Program-made: the position numbers and the translations under genes
Notes under the pieces: model-generated
What the model saw: the letters and a program-made list of their open reading frames with translations, nothing else
Databases searched by the model: none
Told to the model about the DNA's origin: nothing
Assembly: GCA_963708025.1 (NCBI GenBank)
Contig: CAVPSB010000032.1
Coordinates: 128,001 to 192,000, forward strand
Length of the DNA stretch: 64,000 bases
Reading direction: 5' to 3'
Source: an uncultured Candidatus Rokubacteria bacterium
GTDB taxonomy: Bacteria > Methylomirabilota > Methylomirabilia > Rokubacteriales > DASRDR01
Part shown: positions 59,202 through 64,000 of the stretch, one piece after another
Layout: every line of letters begins with the position of its first letter
How positions within the stretch are numbered: the stretch's first letter is position 1

Positions 59202-61390
59202 CACAGCTCCTCGAGATGCGCATATTGTAGCGCGAGCCGCTTCTTGCCCACGGCCGCGAAGTTCACCGTCACCACCCAGTCCTCGCCGTCCTGCTGGACG
59301 CCGACGACCAGGCCTTCGCCCCAGCGGCCATGGCGCACACGGGCGCCGACGCGCAGCGGCGCGTCCGCGCTGTCGTCCGCGGGCAGCGACGGCTCCCGGG
59401 CGACGGTCCAGCCCCCGGGGGCCGGCCGGCGCGCCGAGCCGGCCACCGGGATCAGCGCGTTCTCGGGCATCTCCAGCAGGAAGCGCGACGGCTCCCGCAT
59501 CCCGCCGAAGGCCCCCAGCCGGCGCTGGCAGGCGTAGGAGAGGTAGAGGCGCGCCTTGGCCCGGGTGAGGCCGACGTAGGCGAGCCGCCGCTCCTCCTCG
59601 ACGCCCTCCGCGTCCTCGAGGGCCCGCGCGTGCGGGAACACGCCTTCCTCCAGCCCGGTCAGGAACACGACGGGGAACTCGAGGCCCTTGGCCGAGTGGA
59701 GCGTCATCAGCGTCACCGCCGCCCGCACCTCGGCCAGCTCGTCCACGTCCGCGATGAGGGCGACCGAGTCGAGGAACGCCGCCAGCTCGCCCCGCCCCTC
59801 GCGCGCCTCGAACTCGCCGGCGGCGACGCCCAGCTCGTCCAGGTTCTCGAGCCGACTCTCCGCCTCGGCCGTGCGCTCCTGCCGGAGCGCCTCGCGGAGC
59901 CCGGCGGCGTCGATGACCGCCGAGACCCGCTCGGCCAGGGGCCACGGCTCGGCCATCAGCGCGACCAGCCGCTCCCGCAGGGCGGCGAACCCGCCGAGGG
60001 CCCGGCCGGCTTTGCCCCCGATCGCCAGCGCCGCCGGACCGGCGCTCGCCGCCAGGAGCGAGACCCCGTCACGCTCCGCCGCCTCGGCGAGCCGGCCCAG
60101 GCTCGTCTTGCCGATCCCGCGCGGCGGCGTCCCGACGGCACGGGTGAACGCGAGGTCGTCGTCCGGGTTGAGCGCGAGCCGGAGGTAGGCGAGCGCGTCC
60201 TTGACCTCCTTCCGCTCGTAGAACCGCACGCTGCCCACGATGTGGTACGGGAGGCCGAGGCCCCGGAAGGCGTCCTCCAGCACCCGCGACTGGGCGTTGG
60301 TGCGATAGAACACGGCGATCTCGGCCAGTCCCGTCCCCTCCGCGCGGAGGCCGGCCACGCTGCGGGCGACCCAGGCCGCCTCCTCGACCTCGTCCCAGGC
60401 GCGGAAGAGGCGGGCTGGCTCACCGCGCTCGTTCTCGGTCCAGAGTCCCTTGTCCTTGCGCGCCTGGTTGTGCGCGATCACGGCGCCGGCGATCTCCAGG
60501 ATCTGGCCGGTCGAGCGGTAGTTCTGCTCGAGGCGCACCACCCGGCAGTCCGGGAAGTCGCGCTCGAAGTCCAGGATGTTCCGCAGGTCGGCGCCCCGGA
60601 AGCGGTAGATCGACTGATCGGGATCGCCGACCACGCAGAGGTTCCCGTGGCCCCCGGTCAGGAGCCGCAGGAAGCGATACTGGGCCGCGTTCGTGTCCTG
60701 GTACTCGTCGACCAGCACGTAGCGCCAGTGGTTCCGGTAGTAGGCGAGCACCTCCGGGTGCCGCTCCCACAGCCGCACGACCAGCACGAGCAGGTCGTCG
60801 AAGTCGAGGGCGCCGGCCGCGCGCAACCGCGCCTCGTACCGCGCGAAGAGCTGGGCCAGCTCGCGCTCCCGCGGGCCTCGCGCGGCGGCCGCCAGGTCAT
60901 CGGCATCCTGGAGCTGGTTCTTCGCCCGGCTGATCCGGGAGACCACGGCCTGGGGAGGCCAGGCCCGCTCGTCCAGCCCGGCGGCCCGGGCGAGCTCGCG
61001 GATCAGGCTGAGCCGGTCGTCCTCGTCGTAGATGAGGAAGTGCCGCTTGTAGCCGAGGTGGTGGATCTCGGAGCGCAGGATCCGCACGCACGTGGCGTGG
61101 AAGGTGGCGACCAGCGGCGACCGCACCCCCCAGCCGGCCAGCAGCGCCTCCACGCGCTGCCCCATCTCCCCGGACGCCTTGTTCGTGAAGGTGACGGCCA
61201 GGATCCGCCGGGGGTCGGCGCCACCGGCGATCAGGTACGCGATCCGGTGGGCGATGACGCGGGTCTTGCCGCTGCCGGCGCCGGCGAGAACGAGCAGCGC
61301 CCCGTCCGTGTGGCGGACGGCCTCCTGCTGGGCGGGGTTCAGGCCGGCGAGGATGGCCTCGCCGGTCGGCGCCGGGCTCACGGGTCGCAA
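59201..61390 (-). CDS. pcrA: ATP-dependent DNA helicase PcrA/UvrD
   Basis: AGAGSGKT, TFTNKA, VDEYQDTN, GDPDQSIY.FRGA, LEQNYRS, TLHSAKGLEF, EERRLAYV..TRA, C-terminal tudor domain. Confidence 0.94.
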   Translation of the reverse strand: MRPVSPAPTGEAILAGLNPAQQEAVRHTDGALLVLAGAGSGKTRVIAHRIAYLIAGGADPRRILAVTFTNKASGEMGQRVEALLAGWGVRSPLVATFHATCVRILRSEIHHLGYKRHFLIYDEDDRLSLIRELARAAGLDERAWPPQAVVSRISRAKNQLQDADDLAAAARGPRERELAQLFARYEARLRAAGALDFDDLLVLVVRLWERHPEVLAYYRNHWRYVLVDEYQDTNAAQYRFLRLLTGGHGNLCVVGDPDQSIYRFRGADLRNILDFERDFPDCRVVRLEQNYRSTGQILEIAGAVIAHNQARKDKGLWTENERGEPARLFRAWDEVEEAAWVARSVAGLRAEGTGLAEIAVFYRTNAQSRVLEDAFRGLGLPYHIVGSVRFYERKEVKDALAYLRLALNPDDDLAFTRAVGTPPRGIGKTSLGRLAEAAERDGVSLLAASAGPAALAIGGKAGRALGGFAALRERLVALMAEPWPLAERVSAVIDAAGLREALRQERTAEAESRLENLDELGVAAGEFEAREGRGELAAFLDSVALIADVDELAEVRAAVTLMTLHSAKGLEFPVVFLTGLEEGVFPHARALEDAEGVEEERRLAYVGLTRAKARLYLSYACQRRLGAFGGMREPSRFLLEMPENALIPVAGSARRPAPGGWTVAREPSLPADDSADAPLRVGARVRHGRWGEGLVVGVQQDGEDWVVTVNFAAVGKKRLALQYAHLEEL

Positions 61391-61510
61391 TCGCCTCGCG
61401 ACGCCCGGGCGCCGACGCCCCCTTCCCCGATCCGCGTGCGCGTCCCGTCGCCGGTCACCACCCGATCGTGCAACAGGACGCCGGGCGAGGCAAGCCTCCG
61501 CCCGGAGACG

Positions 61511-63349
61511 CTACTCCACGGTCACGCTCTTCGCCAGGTTCCGGGGCTGATCCACGTCACAGCCCCGCCGGACGGAGACGTGATACGCGAAGAGCTGAAG
61601 CGGGATCGTCAGGATCAACGGGGTCAGCAGCTCGGCCGCCGGCGGCACCGTCAGGACGTGGCCGGCTTTCTCCCGGATCGCCTCGTCGCCCTCGAAGGCG
61701 ACCGCGATGACCAGGCCGTCCCGCGCCCGCACCTCCTCGATGTTGGCCAGCATCCGGTCGTAGGTCGCGTCGTGGGGCACCAGGGCCACTACCGGCATCG
61801 CCTCGTCGATGAGGGCGATCGGCCCGTGCTTCATCTCGCCGCCGGCGTAGCCCTCGGCGTGGATGTAGGACAGCTCCTTCAGCTTCAGCGCCCCTTCCAG
61901 GGCGATCGGGTAGTGCGGGCCCCGGCCGAGGTAGAGGAAGTCGCGGCGCTGGAAGAGGTGCCGGGCCAGCTCGGCGATCGCCTCCTCGTGGGCCAGCGTG
62001 GCCTCGACGAGCCGGGGAACCTCCAGCAGCTCCTGCAGGCGCTTCTTGCCCTCCTCGGCGGTGACCGTGCCGCGCACCCGGCCGAGATGGAGCGCCAGCA
62101 GGTAGAGCGCGGTGATGGTGGCGGTGAACGTCTTGGTGGACGCCACCCCGATCTCGGGGCCGGCGTGGGTGTAGACGACGCCGTGGGATTCGCGCGACAG
62201 CGCGCTCCCGACGACGTTGCAGATCGCGACCACCGGGGCGCCCTTCTGCCGGGCCGTCCGCACGGCGCCGAGGGTGTCGGCCGTCTCGCCCGACTGGCTG
62301 ATGGCGACCACCAGCGTGTCGGGACCGACCAGGGGATCCCGGTAGCGGAACTCGGAGCCGATGTCGGTGTCCGTCGGCACCAGGGCGAGGCGCTCGATCA
62401 GGTGCCGGCCGAGAAGCCCCGCGTGATACGACGTCCCGCAGGCGACGATCACGACCCGGCTGAAGGCCCGCAGCTCGTCGGGCGTGAGGTTCAGGTCGGG
62501 CAGGAAGCAGTCGCCCGTCTCCGGCGAGATCCGGCCGCGGAAGGTGTCGGTGATGGCCCGCGGCTGCTCGTAGATCTCCTTCAGCATGAAGTGGCGGTAG
62601 CCACCCTTCTCGGCCATGATCGGGTCCCACACGATGTGGGTCACCGGGCGCTCGACGGGCCGCCCGGCGAGCGTCGAGAGCTGCACGCCGCTCCGGCCCA
62701 CCACCGCCATCTCCTCGTCCTCCAGCACGATGACGTCGCGGGTGTGCGACAGGATCGCCGGGATGTCGGAGGCGATGAAGTACTCGCCCTCACCCAGCCC
62801 GATCACGACGCCCCCCGCCCCCGTCTTGGCGGCCACCAGACTGTCGGGCTCGCGATCGGAGACGACGCCGACGGCGTAGGCGCCGCGCAGCTCGGCGAGG
62901 GCCCGGCGTACGGCCTCGGCCAGGCCGCCGGCCGCCGGAAGGTGCGCCTCGACCAGGTGGGCCACCACCTCGGTGTCCGTCTCGGACTTGAAGGTGTGGC
63001 CCTCGGCGGTGAGTCGCTTCTTGATCGGCAAATAGTTCTCGAGGATCCCGTTGTGGACGACCACCAGCGAGCCCGTACAATCCGTGTGGGGATGCGCGTT
63101 CTCCTCGGACGGCCGGCCGTGCGTGGCCCAGCGGGTGTGCCCGATCCCGACCGGCCCGTCGATCGGCCGGTCGCGGAGGATTCCTTCCAGGTTCCGGATC
63201 TTCCCCGCGCTCCGGCGCACCTGGAGGACGCCGTCGGAGATGACGGCGATTCCGGCCGAGTCGTAGCCCCGGTACTCCAGCCGCTTGAGCCCGTCCAGGA
63301 TGATGCCAGTGGCTCCCTGCGAGCCGATGTAGCCGACGATGCCGCACAT
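61511..63349 (-). CDS. glmS: Glutamine--fructose-6-phosphate aminotransferase
   Basis: MCGIVG, LEYRGYDSAG, GHTRWATHG, SQSGET, VASTK, EMKHGP, PRNLAKSVTVE. Confidence 0.97.
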   Translation of the reverse strand: MCGIVGYIGSQGATGIILDGLKRLEYRGYDSAGIAVISDGVLQVRRSAGKIRNLEGILRDRPIDGPVGIGHTRWATHGRPSEENAHPHTDCTGSLVVVHNGILENYLPIKKRLTAEGHTFKSETDTEVVAHLVEAHLPAAGGLAEAVRRALAELRGAYAVGVVSDREPDSLVAAKTGAGGVVIGLGEGEYFIASDIPAILSHTRDVIVLEDEEMAVVGRSGVQLSTLAGRPVERPVTHIVWDPIMAEKGGYRHFMLKEIYEQPRAITDTFRGRISPETGDCFLPDLNLTPDELRAFSRVVIVACGTSYHAGLLGRHLIERLALVPTDTDIGSEFRYRDPLVGPDTLVVAISQSGETADTLGAVRTARQKGAPVVAICNVVGSALSRESHGVVYTHAGPEIGVASTKTFTATITALYLLALHLGRVRGTVTAEEGKKRLQELLEVPRLVEATLAHEEAIAELARHLFQRRDFLYLGRGPHYPIALEGALKLKELSYIHAEGYAGGEMKHGPIALIDEAMPVVALVPHDATYDRMLANIEEVRARDGLVIAVAFEGDEAIREKAGHVLTVPPAAELLTPLILTIPLQLFAYHVSVRRGCDVDQPRNLAKSVTVE

Positions 63350-63390
63350 AAGGCGCTCCTCCAAGGACCAAGTGTGGTCGCTCCAGTCGG

Positions 63391-63406
63391 AGCAACCCTC
63401 GTGCCA
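63391..63406 (-). promoter_or_regulatory. Sigma54 (-24/-12) promoter upstream of glmS
   Basis: TGGCAC-GAGGG-TTGCT, exact match to TGGCAC-N5-TTGCW, oriented toward glmS. Confidence 0.75.
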
Positions 63407-63505
63407 CTCGTTCTCGTCAGCGCCGGTGGCCGCTCCCGGCGTCTGGCTGTTTCCTGGCCGAAACTCCGACCGGTGGAAAATGTTGCACGAATCGAGTAGC
63501 GGGCG

Positions 63506-64000
63506 TCACTCCGCCGGCGGGGTGGGCGCCTCGCCCGCCGACCTCCTCCGCCGGCGCTCGGCCCAGCCCTCCTTGATCACCTGGTGGGCCCGCCCGACGG
63601 CCAGGGCGCCGGCCGGCACGTCCTTGGTGATCACGGACCCGGCCCCGATGTACGCGTCGTCGCCGACATGAAGCGGGGCGACCAGGCTGGAGTTGGTCCC
63701 CACGAAGGCGCGGGCGCCGATGTGCGTCCGGTTCTTGCGGACGCCGTCGTAGTTGCAGATGATCATGCCCGCCCCGATGTTCGCGCCCTCGCCGACCGTG
63801 GCGTCCCCGAGGTAGCCGACGTGGTGGGCCTTCACCCGGCGCCCGATGGTCGACTTCTTGATCTCGATGAAGTTCCCGATGTCGGCGCCCGCCTGGATGA
63901 CCGTGCCGGGGCGGAGCCGCGCGAACGGCCCGAGCGTCACGTCGGCCTCGACCACGGAGCCCTCGACGACGCAGTAGGGCCGCAGGGTCACCTGGTCACC
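63506..64000 (-). CDS. glmU: Bifunctional GlmU (C-terminal part, runs off window)
   Basis: GPFARLRPG, GNFIEIK, YLGDA, NIGAG.I.CNYDG, GAGSVITKDV hexapeptide region. Confidence 0.95.
   Translation of the reverse strand, partial: GDQVTLRPYCVVEGSVVEADVTLGPFARLRPGTVIQAGADIGNFIEIKKSTIGRRVKAHHVGYLGDATVGEGANIGAGMIICNYDGVRKNRTHIGARAFVGTNSSLVAPLHVGDDAYIGAGSVITKDVPAGALAVGRAHQVIKEGWAERRRRRSAGEAPTPPAE

Noticed and set aside
63410..63465. Hammerhead ribozyme (CUGACGA and GAAAC present)
   Set aside because: Order and pairing of the elements do not form the three-stem hammerhead core

Overview
Very GC-rich bacterial chromosomal window with almost all genes on the minus strand. The gene complement and order suggest Methylomirabilota/Ca. 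Rokubacteria or a similar lineage (inference only). In transcription order (right to left): glmU(partial)-glmS, pcrA-gatCAB, ftsEX-envC-ctpA-divergent polysaccharide deacetylase-tsaD, and an NtrB/NtrC-like sigma54 two-component pair. Next is an ~11 kb accessory block bounded by two RidA C-terminal remnants: secreted protein, SDR, 64-aa protein, large BTAD/AAA/TPR regulator, and a stand-alone nuoLMN with its own promoter. Then come a Uma2 nuclease, a glycerol/glycerophosphodiester cluster (HAD, glpD, ugpBAE, glpQ, glpK), two ABC transporters, the F0 half of ATP synthase followed by rex, mfd, a SurA-like PPIase, rho, rpmE, prfA-prmC-murA and hisG-D-B-H-A(partial). Intergenic DNA carries at least five REP/MITE-like palindromic families, with a 15-nt mini-hairpin module nested inside two of them. 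Best leads: (1) a BTAD regulator / phased direct-repeat / small-protein module; (2) a consensus sigma54 promoter and structured leader upstream of glmS; (3) a Rex-like operator overlapping the atp-rex promoter; (4) the orphan nuoLMN unit. Clustered frameshifts in essential genes (prfA, gatAB) look like sequencing errors. No tRNA, rRNA, CRISPR array or transposase was recognised.
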